A DNA stretch of 63,868 bases, filler included, from Welwitschia mirabilis (taxonomy: Eukaryota), in the NCBI GenBank assembly GCA_051453625.1. It is 6 parts of one record of this genome, joined end to end, with 100 filler letters (N's around TTAATTAATTAA, not from the genome) between each part and the next. Parts side by side here need not be neighbours in the genome. Positions count along the whole stretch, not along the records: positions 29,908 to 52,453 come from JBOZIK010000001.1; positions 52,554 to 60,170 come from JBOZIK010000001.1; positions 60,271 to 61,995 come from JBOZIK010000001.1; positions 62,096 to 63,868 come from JBOZIK010000001.1; 2 more parts are not named here. One strand, 5' to 3'. Below, piece by piece: positions 51,801-63,868 of the stretch. Below the pieces are notes generated by a model that was given only the letters and a program-made list of their open reading frames with translations, made no database searches and was not told where the DNA came from. Position 1 is the stretch's first letter. Each line of letters begins with the position of its first letter. The position numbers were made by a program, and so were the translations under genes.

Positions 51801-52453
51801 TTTTCCTACAACTATGATTCAGAACATCTTAGATATCATGGATAAGGGAAACAATGTTATGATTATTATTTGTACTTCACACCTTATATAATACATTAAT
51901 GGATTTGTATACATCATTTTGAGTTATCACTACTTAGTTTCTATACATTAGTTTTATTATTACTATCTTGAACTATGCATATACATCATGATTTTCTATA
52001 GCTATAATTGTCACATATTATCATGATTTCTTATGTATGACATTCATTTGTTGTTTTATAATGTGTTAAACATTTTACATAGGAGGCTAATGAAGATGTC
52101 AAAATTTATATTTCTCTAGTAATCATGTTGCAAGCATTTAACTTTCATTATAATTTCTAAACTTAATTTACATTTTTTTAGTTACTGGTTATGTAGTCAA
52201 ATTAGCACATAATATGGTTAATTGCTTACTTTATCAAGGACTAAGAAGAATAAGTAGGGGGTTATGGTGTGATTCCAATTTATAGGATTTTGATGGGATA
52301 TCTCAAGTACTTTTGTAGGATATTTATATAGGTTTTGATGAAATTCTGATGATTATGAAGAATTGATAAGATGATCACTGAAACATGTGATTCTTTACAT
52401 ATTTAAAGGCATCTCAGTATTATTATGATACTTCATGTCTTGAAAGAAAAGTT
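42894..52453 (+). mobile_element. Athila-like element C, near full length, 3' LTR cut by a gap
   Basis: 5' LTR 42894-44136, eroded PBS 44140-44157, gag-pol ~44950-50140, PPT AATAAGTAGGGGGTTA, and 3' LTR from 52265. Collinear with element A throughout. Confidence 0.9.
44950..50140 (+). pseudogene. Athila-like gag-pol pseudogene of element C
   Basis: VVPKK..WRICIDFRKLN, RKDHYPL, YCFLDGYSGYNQV, FIDDFSIF (~47911), FELMCD, and integrase GYFSGQNTIIKILHYYFYWPT. Confidence 0.9.
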
Positions 52454-55400
52454 NNNNNNNNNNNNNNNNNNNNNNNNNNNNNNNNNNNNNNNNNNNNTTA
52501 ATTAATTAANNNNNNNNNNNNNNNNNNNNNNNNNNNNNNNNNNNNNNNNNNNNATTACATATTCAGATTACAATTACAAGAAATAACATAGTAGGCAAGA
52601 ATTAAAAAGCAAGGGTTATGGACCACACCTAATCTTAGCTAAAATCTAAGGTGCTCCTAGTTAGGTTTAAGCTTTACATGATCAAGTTACAAGGTAAAAT
52701 CCTATGACTCTAATGGTAAGGAAGAATTAAGTATTTATAACATAAATCTAATAGTAGGACTCACAGTAGGGTTGTGGCTTCTTTAAGAAGTTTAGANNNN
52801 NNNNNNNNNNNNNNNNNNNNNNNNNNNNNNNNNNNNNNNNNNNNNNNNNNNNNNNNNNNNNNNNNNNNNNNNNNNNNNNNNNNNNNNNNNNNNNNNNNNN
52901 NNNNNNNNNNNNNNNNNNNNNNNNNNNNNNNNNNNNNNNNNNNNNNNNNNNNNNNNNNNNNNNNNNNNNNNNNNNNNNNNNNNNNNNNNNNNNNNNNNNN
53001 NNNNNNNNNNNNNNNNNNNNNNNNNNNNNNNNNNNNNNNNNNNNNNNNNNNNNNNNNNNAAAATCATGCATAATCAATAGTGAGCTAAGATAAACTGAAT
53101 AATAACTCCATGATAATTCTCATGCATAATAAATTTTAGTTAACTCAATCTATTAATTAATCAACTAGAGGAAATAACTATAACTTTATCTTTTAATAGA
53201 GTTTAAAATAATTAATCTTGCAATTACCTAATTTAGCTATTATTCTTATCTTAAGATCATTATTTTTACATAATTTAGAACTAGACTTATTTAATTATTT
53301 AATTTTTCTAGCATTAATAACTTATCTAAATGACTAGAAATGTTTCTGATGTTGAGAAGAATCTGGACGTGACAAATNNNNNNNNNNNNNNNNNNNNNNN
53401 NNNNNNNNNNNNNNNNNNNNNNNNNNNNNNNNNNNNNNNNNNNNNNNNNNNNNNNNNNNNNNNNNNNNNNNNNNNNNNNNNNNNNNNNNNNNNNNNNNNN
53501 NNNNNNNNNNNNNNNNNNNNNNNNNNNNNNNNNNNNNNNNNNNNNNNNNNNNNNNNNNNNNNNNNNNNNNNNNNNNNNNNNNNNNNNNNNNNNNNAGAAG
53601 ATAGATTTCAAGAAATAAGAAGTTAAGATGCTTCACCAATCCTTTAACAAGCATTGTAAATAATGAGATCCTAACTGATACATGAATAATAGGTTTAAGT
53701 TGTGAAAGATGTACAAATTATTCAAGATTTAACATAACTTGAAACATGCAAAAATACAAGAATTGATGTCAAATAAAGTAAGCATACTTTGAAAACTAAA
53801 TCAAAGATTCATGCCAAGGTTTTATTGAAATCACGCANNNNNNNNNNNNNNNNNNNNNNNNNNNNNNNNNNNNNNNNNNNNNNNNNNNNNNNNNNNNNNN
53901 NNNNNNNNNNNNNNNNNNNNNNNNNNNNNNNNNNNNNNNNNNNNNNNNNNNNNNNNNNNNNNNNNNNNNNNNNNNNNATGACAATCAAGCAAGATACGTA
54001 ACATGTCTTAAGCCAAATATAAGATAAGAATTAAGATTAAGCAAATATATTATAATTCCATGATTAAAATTCATGACAAGGTTTTGACTAGTTGGAAATG
54101 AACAAAACACCTTTAAGAGATGCAATTTTTCAAGGGTACATAAAAGTTGGAAGGATAAATTTTCTTAAACATAAAGGATCATGAGAACTTATGATTAAAA
54201 AAATTAANNNNNNNNNNNNNNNNNNNNNNNNNNNNNNNNNNNNNNNNNNNNNNNNNNNNNNNNNNNNNNNNNNNNNNNNNNNNNNNNNNNNNNNNNNNNN
54301 NNNNNNNNNNNNNNNNNNNNNNNNNNNNNNNNNNNNNNNNNNNNNNNNNNNNNNNNNNNNNNNNNNNNNNNNNNNNNNNNNNNNNNNNNNNNNNNNNNNN
54401 NNNNNNNNNNNNNNNNNNNNNNNNNNNNNNNNNNNNNNNNNNNNNNNNNNNNNNNNNNNNNNNNNNNNNNNNNNNNNNNNNNNNNNNNNNNNNNNNNNNN
54501 NNNNNNNNNNNNNNNNNNNNNNNNNNNNNNNNNNNNNNNNNNNNNNNNNNNNNNNNNNNNNNNNNNNNNNNNNNNNNNNNNNNNNNNNNNNNNNNNNNNN
54601 NNNNNNNNNNNNNNNNNNNNNNNNNNNNNNNNNNNNNNNNNNNNNNNNNNNNNNNNNNNNNNNNNNNNNNNNNNNNNNNNNNNNNNNNNNNNNNNNNNNN
54701 NNNNNNNNNNNNNNNNNNNNNNNNNNNNNNNNNNNNNNNNNNNNNNNNNNNNNNNNNNNNNNNNNNNNNNNNNNNNNNNNNNNNNNNNNNNNNNNNNNNN
54801 NNNNNNNNNNNNNNNNNNNNNNNNNNNNNNNNNNNNNNNNNNNNNNNNNNNNNNNNNNNNNNNNNNNNNNNNNNNNNNNNNNNNNNNNNNNNNNNNNNNN
54901 NNNNNNNNNNNNNNNNNNNNNNNNNNNNNNNNNNNNNNNNNNNNNNNNNNNNNNNNNNNNNNNNNNNNNNNNNNNNNNNNNNNNNNNNNNNNNNNNNNNN
55001 NNNNNNNNNNNNNNNNNNNNNNNNNNNNNNNNNNNNNNNNNNNNNNNNNNNNNNNNNNNNNNNNNNNNNNNNNNNNNNNNNNNNNNNNNNNNNNNNNNNN
55101 NNNNNNNNNNNNNNNNNNNNNNNNNNNNNNNNAAAATCATTCAACTAATAATGAAGTCATATTTAGTATAAGGTAATACTAGAACTGTAGAGAATACACG
55201 AAAGACCATGAGGGCCATGTGAGATACATAACAAGAGATCTGAGCTTGTACAAGATTAAGCAATACATAAGATTATACAAAAGTTCAATGGAATAAGTTT
55301 TATTGCATTAGTAACCTTTATATCATCCAAGTTATTATTATTATAATTATCATTTTTAAGAATTTAGGTTTATAAACTCATAACTGATAATAAATATCTT

Positions 55401-56192
55401 TATTATCCATTACCAAGTGAATATTTTCAAAAGGTACTCTGCCATAAGGGGAATNNNNNNNNNNNNNNNNNNNNNNNNNNNNNNNNNNNNNNNNNNNNNN
55501 NNNNNNNNNNNNNNNNNNNNNNNNNNNNNNNNNNNNNNNNNNNNNNNNNNNNNNNNNNNNNNNNNNNNNNNNNNNNNNNNNNNNNNNNNNNNNNNNNNNN
55601 NNNNNNNNNNNNNNNNNNNNNNNNNNNNNNNNNNNNNNNNNNNNNNNNNNNNNNNNNNNNNNNNNNNNNNNNNNNNNNNNNNNNNNNNNNNNNNNNNNNN
55701 NNNNNNNNNNNNNNNNNNNNNNNNNNNNNNNNNNNNNNNNNNNNNNNNNNNNNNNNNNNNNNNNNNNNNNNNNNNNNNNNNNNNNNNNNNNNNNNNNNNN
55801 NNNNNNNNNNNNNNNNNNNNNNNNNNNNNNNNNNNNNNNNNNNNNNNNNNNNNNNNNNNNNNNNNNNNNNNNNNNNNNNNNNNNNNNNNNNNNNNNNNNN
55901 NNNNNNNNNNNNTTTAAGGGTTTTTACAAGTTTCATAATCAATTCTAGAGGAAAAGAGCTAGCGTGCTAGATTGTCACAAGGAAAGACATTAGTATCACA
56001 ATTATCACCTAGGCACCAAATGATATCAAGTAGATGTGGTCCATATGGATGTACAATAATGGTTAAGATTGTATAAAATGGGTAGTGTATGATGTCAATC
56101 AAATTATAAGAATATAAATATACATCCAACAAAATTTTTTAACCAAGGATCCATAAGGATAAAATAAACAATTAGACCATAAAGCTTTTAAT

Positions 56193-56266
56193 TTTCCAAC
56201 AAGGGATTTGAACATAAGGCCTATTTCTTAAGAGCCAATTAAGACATCCAGCTAAGCTATAGACTA
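56193..56266 (-). other. Degenerate tRNA-like Pol III A/B-box unit (tRNA pseudogene or SINE head)
   Basis: Minus strand TAGCTTAGCTGG - 34 nt - GTTCAAATCC. No convincing cloverleaf. Confidence 0.45.
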
Positions 56267-56955
56267 CTTGACACAACTTGTAAGCAAGGTTTGAAAAGAT
56301 ATTTCCAAGCATAATATTTTATATAAAATAATTTCCAACACAGCTAACATAAGTCATGGGGTAAAATAAGAATAAAGTGATTATGACATCAGAATTAAGG
56401 CCAAGACTTACAACTTAATTAACCCTTACTTAAGGATAAAAATTATCACCTAGGCTCTAATATTAAAATGTAAAGTTCTAATTTGAGTTTAAATAGATGA
56501 TTGATTAACAAGATAGTAATTGAAATTAGGTCATAAGATTTTAAGAGGTTTGGTCTTTAAACTTATAGTATTTTATGTGTTGGTATTCTTTTCAAAATGC
56601 ATAGGCATAATAATTAAATTTTGCATAAGGTTTAGGCCTTCCATGGCTTAAGAATACATTCACTTCATAGAAATCTTAAATACTATATTATTTTAATACC
56701 TTATAAGTGATCACATGTTCGTTATAAGAGTTGGCCAACAAAGCTCAGATTTAAGGGGGCTTAGTGAGGAGGATCCATAATGAAGAAATTAATTTGATAC
56801 TCTCTATCATCTATGGGTTAGAAAAACTAAAATGAATTTATTAATACCTTGGACTAGCAAATAATAATTTTAATTAATATGATTTACTATAAAAAAGTTA
56901 CTCATAATCCATCAATCATTAACCCTCTTGTTTATAAAAGTCTTAAGTTTAAGAA

Positions 56956-57028
56956 GTGCCTTAGGCTGGACTCGAACTTGAAAGCTTTATAATCTCTAGT
57001 AAGTGTCATCACCATTCCTCCCATGAGT
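56956..57028 (-). other. Second, weaker tRNA-like A/B-box unit
   Basis: Minus strand TGGGAGGAATGGT - 33 nt - GTTCGAGTCC. Confidence 0.35.
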
Positions 57029-57258
57029 TATATTTTATGCTTACTCCATCAGGAAGAAGATAAGGCTTGAGGGATAACCAGCAAGACTATGCTTTCCTAT
57101 GTAGAGGTAGAGATAGGAGAATGGCTCACCCAAGGATGAGATTACATATCTAGAGGTGCAGGTAAGGGAATGCCAATGGCATAGAAGTCCAACAGTGCAT
57201 AGACTGCTATAGGAGAGTGGGCGCAGTGCTACCGAGCATAAGAATGCATAAGAGTACA

Positions 57259-60170
57259 TGTAAGAAAGAAAGTAATAACCAAGGATTGACCCTAGAGGGG
57301 GCGTATATAGGTTCATTTCAAACTTCTGCCTCCTTATTAATCACAACCTATAAAAACCAATATGAAAAGAGATACTAAAACAAGGTATGTAATGGTGGAT
57401 AGACATCATCCTTCAGCTTTGTAGATTTCTTATCTTAGCTAGCATGTATTAGCTTACAAGATTGGTTTTCAGGCTCACCAAATAACCTTTCACAACTAAT
57501 GAGGATTTTGTGTCTTATCCTCAACTAAGAATGAAGGATAGAGAGAAGGATGCACTAAAGCACAGATGTGCCCTCTATGATGCAGCAATCTTCTTCACAA
57601 GATGATGTAAAGATGCAAGTACAATAGAGATCTAAACTTTTTGAGAAGTTCAGATGTGCTAGTAGAGATTGTTTCAATCCTTGTTCAATCTGGGATGTTA
57701 CAATAATCATGCCTATCCTCTAGTATTTAGAGAAAAGATTTTATACTTGGAATGAAACATATGACTGTTTTCTCACAAGAAAAAGAACCATGATGATNNN
57801 NNNNNNNNNNNNNNNNNNNNNNNNNNNNNNNNNNNNNNNNNNNNNNNNNNNNNNNNNNNNNNNNNNNNNNNNNNNNNNNNNNNNNNNNNNNNNNNNNGTA
57901 AAGATGCAAGTACAATAGAGACCTAAACTTTTTGAGAAGTTCAGATGTGCTAGTAAAGAGTGTTTTAATCCTTGTTCATTCTGGGATGTTACAATAATCA
58001 TGCCTATCCTCTAGTATTTAGAGGAAATATTTTATACTTGGGATGAAACATATGACTGTTTTTTCACAATAAAAAGAACTGTTATGATTTTTTAAGGAAC
58101 TTTTGTATTCATAATGGATACTATTTTTTGTTGCACGGTCGACCTATCATTATATTAAGTTGACCGCCAAATGTGGTTATCCTTATTATAACATTCATTT
58201 ACCCTGTCTTCTTGTAGATTTTCTTAGTATAGGATATGATTTAGGTTTGGTCTCCCTCATGAAAATACTTAGTCGTCCTTATCTAGGTCACCCATATAAT
58301 TATGGTAGATCACTCATACTGTTGTCAATAGAATTCTTACTGCACGTCATGAGGTCACCTGTCTAAACATCTACAATCACTGGTATGCCTCTCTAGTTGA
58401 AGCNNNNNNNNNNNNNNNNNNNNNNNNNNNNNNNNNNNNNNNNNNNNNNNNNNNNNNNNNNNNNNNNNNNNNNNNNNNNNNNNNNNNNNNNNNNNNNNNN
58501 NNNNNNNNNNNNNNNNNNNNNNNNNNNNNNNNNNNNNNNNNNNNNNNNNNNNNNNNNNNNNNNNNNNNNNNNNNNNNNNNNNNNNNNNNNNNNNNNNNNN
58601 NNNNNNNNNNNNNNNNNNNNNNNNNNNNNNNNNNNNNNNNNNNNNNNNNNNNNNNNNNNNNNNNNNNNNNNNNNNNNNNNNNNNNNNNNNNNNNNNNNNN
58701 NNNNNNNNNNNNNNNNNNNNNNNNNNNNNNNNNNNNNNNNNNNNNNNNNNNNNNNNNNNNNNNNNNNNNNNNNNNNNNNNNNNNNNNNNNNNNNNNNNNN
58801 NNNNNNNNNNNNNNNNNNNNNNNNNNNNNNNNNNNNNNNNNNNNNNNNNNNNNNNNNNNNNNNNNNNNNNNNNNNNNNNNNNNNNNNNNNNNNNNNNNNN
58901 NNNNNNNNNNNNNNNNNNNNNNNNNNNNNNNNNNNNNNNNNNNNNNNNNNNNNNNNNNNNNNNNNNNNNNNNNNNNNNNNNNNNNNNNNNNNNNNNNNNN
59001 NNNNNNNNNNNNNNNNNNNNNNNNNNNNNNNNNNNNNNNNNNNNNNNNNNNNNNNNNNNNNNNNNNNNNNNNNNNNNNNNNNNNNNNNNNNNNNNNNNNN
59101 NNNNNNNNNNNNNNNNNNNNNNNNNNNNNNNNNNNNNNNNNNNNNNNNNNNNNNNNNNNNNNNNNNNNNNNNNNNNNNNNNNNNNNNNNNNNNNNNNNNN
59201 NNNNNNNNNNNNNNNNNNNNNNNNNNNNNNNNNNNNNNNNNNNNNNNNNNNNNNNNNNNNNNNNNNNNNNNNNNNNNNNNNNNNNNNNNNNNNNNNNNNN
59301 NNNNNNNNNNNNNNNNNNNNNNNNNNNNNNNNNNNNNNNNNNNNNNNNNTAATTTAACATCTAGGTTCTCCCCCTAACTCATTTAACTTGGAAAACTAGT
59401 AAACTTAAATGAGTTTTGTATATATATAAAAATCATCATAAGAAATACATAAAAATAAGATTCTTTGTATTATGCAAAAAAGTTTTATTATGTCTAAAAG
59501 ATATATTCTGACTAATTTATAATGCACAGAAGTGACAAGTAACAAAGATGTTACAAAATATTCTCTCCCCCTTTTTGATGAAATCAAGGATGAGGAGAAC
59601 ACAAAAAGACTAGAGATCATAAAAAACACACAAAGACTCAGTTGAACTATGAAGATGTAGAAGCCTAAGAACCCTGACTTTGAGAGGTGTCAGCAATGAG
59701 AGTCCCACTGGCAATAAAGGCCTCCTTGATGTGATGAGTCCATGAATCAATCCGATGAAGAAGATGGAGAATTTTTGGATTTTAAGAGGCCTTAATCTTA
59801 GGCCTAGACGGAGCAGTAGGATCTTTAAAAATGTGCATTCTTAACAATGTGCCACAATTTATAGGCCACATGGGCTTTTGGATCTCCTGCCTGACAAGAT
59901 AAGGAATGTTAAAGTAATAAAAAATCTGCATGATGAGGAAAGGATAGGCAAGGTACATTATTTGTGTAGCTGAAGTTAGTTCACCATGTATTTGAGCATG
60001 ATGGAAGGAGCATCTAAGTCTCTTCGCTAGTCCAAAGCATACATGAGATAGACCTGATAGTTAGAGAGCTCATCTCTGTAACCAATAACTAGGAGGAAGT
60101 TATAAGACATGATCAGGTGCAGCAGACAAAATCTGGGAAGAAGTTGGAAAGCTTTGAGGGTTTTCTTCCA
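57259..60170 (-). mobile_element. 3' part of a second Sirevirus-like copia element (env-like ORF, multiple PPTs, 3' LTR)
   Basis: CTAGAGGGGGCGTATATAGG (~57292) is the reverse complement of the Sirevirus LTR-end motif. GGTCGACC motifs at 58130-58390. PPT signature ATCAAAAAGGGGGAGA (rc at ~59564-59579) and a second tract at ~59366-59375. Confidence 0.75.
59650..60170 (-). pseudogene. env-like / 'putative plant transposon protein' extra ORF remnant
   Basis: LLPRFCLLHLIMSYNFL..GYRDELS..QVYLMYALD*RRDLDAPSIMLKYM...LAYPFLIMQIFYYFNIP...INCGTLLRM matches the LLH-I--N-LP / LPYP-LIT-I pattern of these ORFs. Confidence 0.7.
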
Positions 60171-60270
60171 NNNNNNNNNNNNNNNNNNNNNNNNNNNNNN
60201 NNNNNNNNNNNNNNTTAATTAATTAANNNNNNNNNNNNNNNNNNNNNNNNNNNNNNNNNNNNNNNNNNNN

Positions 60271-61995
60271 TTATGGTTTAAGTTGGTCTTAGTTACTGAT
60301 AAGCTATGATTTATTTAGATCATGAGGGAAACCTTTGTTAAGTTTGACCTTAATTAGTAGTAGGTTTGCATTGCATTTATATTTCATTCATATTGCATAT
60401 TGCATATTCTACTTTGTAGATCTAATAGTTTATGTTAATTAAGAATTAGTAGATACTCTTCTTGATTGATGTAAATTATAAAAAGGATAGTCTTTGTAAC
60501 AGAAAGGCTAGAAGCCTGTCTTTGTAATAGAAGGATTAGGAACCAAGTGAATCCATTTCATTTCCATTTTCATTTACTTGTATTTCATCTTCATTTTGCA
60601 TTGCATTTACTTTAATATTTACTTTTAGTAAAGTAAGAGATAAAATACCAAAAACTACCTTTGGAAATCAATTCTCTAACTCTGAGCCTAGTGTCTTCAT
60701 TGGGATTACGACATTCGAGTGAACTCCCATCTATACTAGTGTGTGTTTTTTTCCAAGTTGTATGATTTATAGGTTTACCTAAGGACTTCAAGATTGCATA
60801 AATTCACACTATAACATTTTGGCACAGTTGCCAGGGAAGGCTGCAAGGAGCTAAGAGGATTAGTACCTTGAATCTTTTTTGTTTAGGTTATTTATTTAAA
60901 TTAATGCTGTATTTCTAGTGTATTTTAAGGTAGACTTATTTTCTGTAAAATTTTATTTTATGTAACTTTTAGGGATTCTGTAGTTGTCTATATCATCCAA
61001 ACAACATAGGGCATGACAGTTTTGAAATTTTGAATTTAGTTCCTATTTTGGAAAATTTTTCTTTTGTTCACAGTTTAGTCATAAAGTACTGTCATCTTAC
61101 CTATTGTCCACATGACAGTGAGGATGACAGTCTTAGTTTTAATAATTTTCTTTTGATAGTTTCTAGAGTTCTGTTATTTTTAGAGTTTAGTCTTTCTATA
61201 ATTGTCGTCCTACCCATCATCCCCATGATAAGGTTGACGATAGTCCATTGCATTTGATTCTAATTTTTGTTTACTATTTATGCATGCAGGATATAAGGAA
61301 TTCTAGGTAAAAGATAAAATATTAGTTAAAAAAGAACTAAAACATCAAGAATTATTCAATTTCAAATAAAAATACAGGTATGCACAACACAGATACACAT
61401 TTTCTAGAATTTCTTTCTTTTTCTTTCTATTTTAGAATTAAATTTTCTTTTCTCTATGTAATTAATTTGCAGTAATGATGTCACATCTTTTGGGTATTAA
61501 GAAATAGTAACCTCAAACATCCAAGAATCTTGATCTTCATGGTGTACCTATCTTCCTTATCATTTTAAATCTAAACTCTCTTATTCTATTCTTGTTGCTT
61601 ATTTTAATGAATCATAATAGAAAATCCGTTGTAGAACTTCTTTCTGAAAGAAGAAGAAACTTGCAAAATTATAAGGACATTAGTAAGAAAACACTTCGAG
61701 AAATCTTTATTGAAAGAGGGAAACCCTCATAAAATCATGTTGAAAATAGGGATTGGGCCCATTCTTCTTTTCAACCTAATTATTCTCTCCCCTTTTTTTT
61801 TCAAACCTCATTTCAACATAATGATGAAGATTTACCATATTGTAAGGATTCCACCTCATTTAGACATACCTCTTATAATCATCTTTTTTAATCCCAATCA
61901 TCTTCCATGCCTTACTATCAAGAAGAACCATCTTCCATCAACTACTATGAAGAAGAAAAAGATCCATTAAGAGAAATTATTGGTGAAATGACAAA
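60271..61995 (+). mobile_element. Athila-like element D: 3' half of 5' LTR (to 60816), PBS, 5' UTR and start of internal region
   Basis: Homologous to the LTRs of A and C. Ends CACTATAACA, followed by the PBS. Confidence 0.85.
60820..60837 (+). promoter_or_regulatory. PBS complementary to tRNA-Asp (Athila type)
   Basis: TGGCACAGTTGCCAGGGA vs TGGCGCCGTTGCCGGGGA (15/18). Confidence 0.85.
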
Positions 61996-62095
61996 NNNNN
62001 NNNNNNNNNNNNNNNNNNNNNNNNNNNNNNNNNNNNNNNTTAATTAATTAANNNNNNNNNNNNNNNNNNNNNNNNNNNNNNNNNNNNNNNNNNNN

Positions 62096-63082
62096 TCTTT
62101 TATCTTTTACTAACTGAAAGTAAATAATAAAGTAAATGTAATGCAAGATGAATAAAGATGAAATGAAAGTAAATGTAAATGGAAATGAGATTTTACTTAG
62201 ATCCTAATCCTTCTATGATGAGTACTAGCTTCTAGCCTTTCTGTCATAAAGACTATCTTTTCTATAATTCATATCAATCAAGAAGTGCATTTAACTAGTT
62301 CTTAACTAATATAAAATATTAGATATATCAAGTAGAACATGAAATGCGATATGAAAATTAAATGCAAAACCTACTACTAACCAAAATCAATGTTAACAAA
62401 GGTTGCTCTCATGATCTAAATAAATCATAAAACTGTCACATAACTATGATCAACTTAAAGAATAAGAAACATTTACAAAATTGAGATAAAAGAGTAATTT
62501 TATTAATCAAAGGAACTTTACATCCACTTACAATAGAAGAACATCTCCTCAATGGAAGAGACACAATGTAACACCAAGGAAACCACTTTCTGCAGCTATT
62601 AGATGGACCTGCTATCTTCAAGCTTCCATCATAAGCATATCAAGTATAAAATATGGTTGAATTAAAAGAGGGAAGGGTTATTTATAGTTTTACAATAAAC
62701 TGTAATCCTAGACATTTGTTAAAAAAACCCTAGCCATCCACATACCCCATTTAGCACTTTTTACAATGAAATTTACTGCCGCAATGTGAAAATAGTTGTC
62801 GTCTTATTAATCGTCCACATGACAGTGGGGATGATGCCACCTTATTGCATTAGGTTATATGCCCATGTAATACCATTAGCTCCATGGATTACCCGCGCAT
62901 GTTACCAAGGCTGTCGTCCTATCGGTTGTCCACATGACATAGGGAATGACACCTAGGACTGCATGCCCATATGCTATCATTAGCTACATGGGTTATCCTT
63001 GCATTCATCATTCTTCTTGTCATCCAGACGACCCAGGGGATGATGCCCCATCATCATGTACTACTGTTCAAGTATTGTACAT
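62096..63082 (-). repeat. Athila-like LTR fragment, minus strand
   Basis: 62096-62460 is the reverse complement of ~60271-60645. Carries three GTCGTC palindromic motifs at 62795-63050. Confidence 0.8.
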
Positions 63083-63868
63083 NNNNNNNNNNNNNNNNNN
63101 NNNNNNNNNNNNNNNNNNNNNNNNNNNNNNNNNNNNNNNNNNNNNNNNNNNNNNNNNNNNNNNNNNNNNNNNNNNNNNNNNNNNNNNNNNNNNNNNNNNN
63201 NNNNNNNNNNNNNNNNNNNNNNNNNNNNNNNNNNNNNNNNNNNNNNNNNNNNNNNNNNNNNNNNNNNNNNNNNNNNNNNNNNNNNNNNNNNNNNNNNNNN
63301 NNNNNNNNNNNNNNNNNNNNNNNNNNNNNNNNNNNNNNNNNNNNNNNNNNNNNNNNNNNNNNNNNNNNNNNNNNNNNNNNNNNNNNNNNNNNNNNNNNNN
63401 NNNNNNNNNNNNNNNNNNNNNNNNNNNNNNNNNNNNNNNNNNNNNNNNNNNNNNNNNNNNNNNNNNNNNNNNAAGAAATGGAATTTGAGTTCTATTTATC
63501 ATGTAGGAATAGATGACATCAAGCCATTAATACCATTACTACTGTAGCTATAAGCTCCTTACTTAAACTCATCACAATAGTCTAAATAAATGTCATACAC
63601 ATAAACCAATTAATAAATGATAGTTTGAAAAACTGATAATGTGTAGACATAATGCTCAAATTGAATGTAAGCTTAAGTAGTAATAATATCAAAGAATAAT
63701 TCATGAAAAGCTTATCAATGTTTTCTACAAGGGCAAAGGACAAGATTAATCATGGCATTTTTTAAATAATTAAAAACATAGCTTTGAAAAATTAGTGTGT
63801 GCTACCTGCTCTTGCTAAATAAATCCTATGAAATATATTCAAATGACATGCAATCATGTCCAAACAAT

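Noticed and set aside
52748..59377. Long ORFs (100-336 aa) in the ORF track
   Set aside because: They are almost entirely X from N runs. The same applies to 5537-5920 and 62946-63547.

Overview
AT-rich, gap-ridden scaffold segment from a large seed-plant nuclear genome, made up almost entirely of old, nested, C->T/G->A-eroded LTR retrotransposons. These include several Athila-like Ty3/gypsy copies (one structurally complete with a 5-bp TSD at 6832-17590), a long-LTR Tekay/Del-like chromovirus family on the minus strand, two Sirevirus-like Ty1/copia elements (one with an env-like ORF remnant), further copia remnants, and the 5' end of a younger tRNA-Met-primed element. The only host-gene sequence I can recognise is the start of exon 1 plus the proximal promoter of an isoflavone-reductase-like (IFR/PCBER/PLR, NmrA-type) reductase at 35100-35194 (-). 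It lies in a ~400-bp CpG-retaining island between LTRs, and the rest of the gene is not visible. I found no intact TE ORF, CRISPR array, rRNA or intact tRNA, and nothing I can defend as a new biological system. The most unusual signals are a regularly interspaced nested-palindrome motif in the Athila-like LTRs/UTRs, two tRNA-like Pol III A/B-box units, and a reconstructable nesting history. All calls come from manual translation and alignment, so boundaries without TG..CA/TSD support are approximate.
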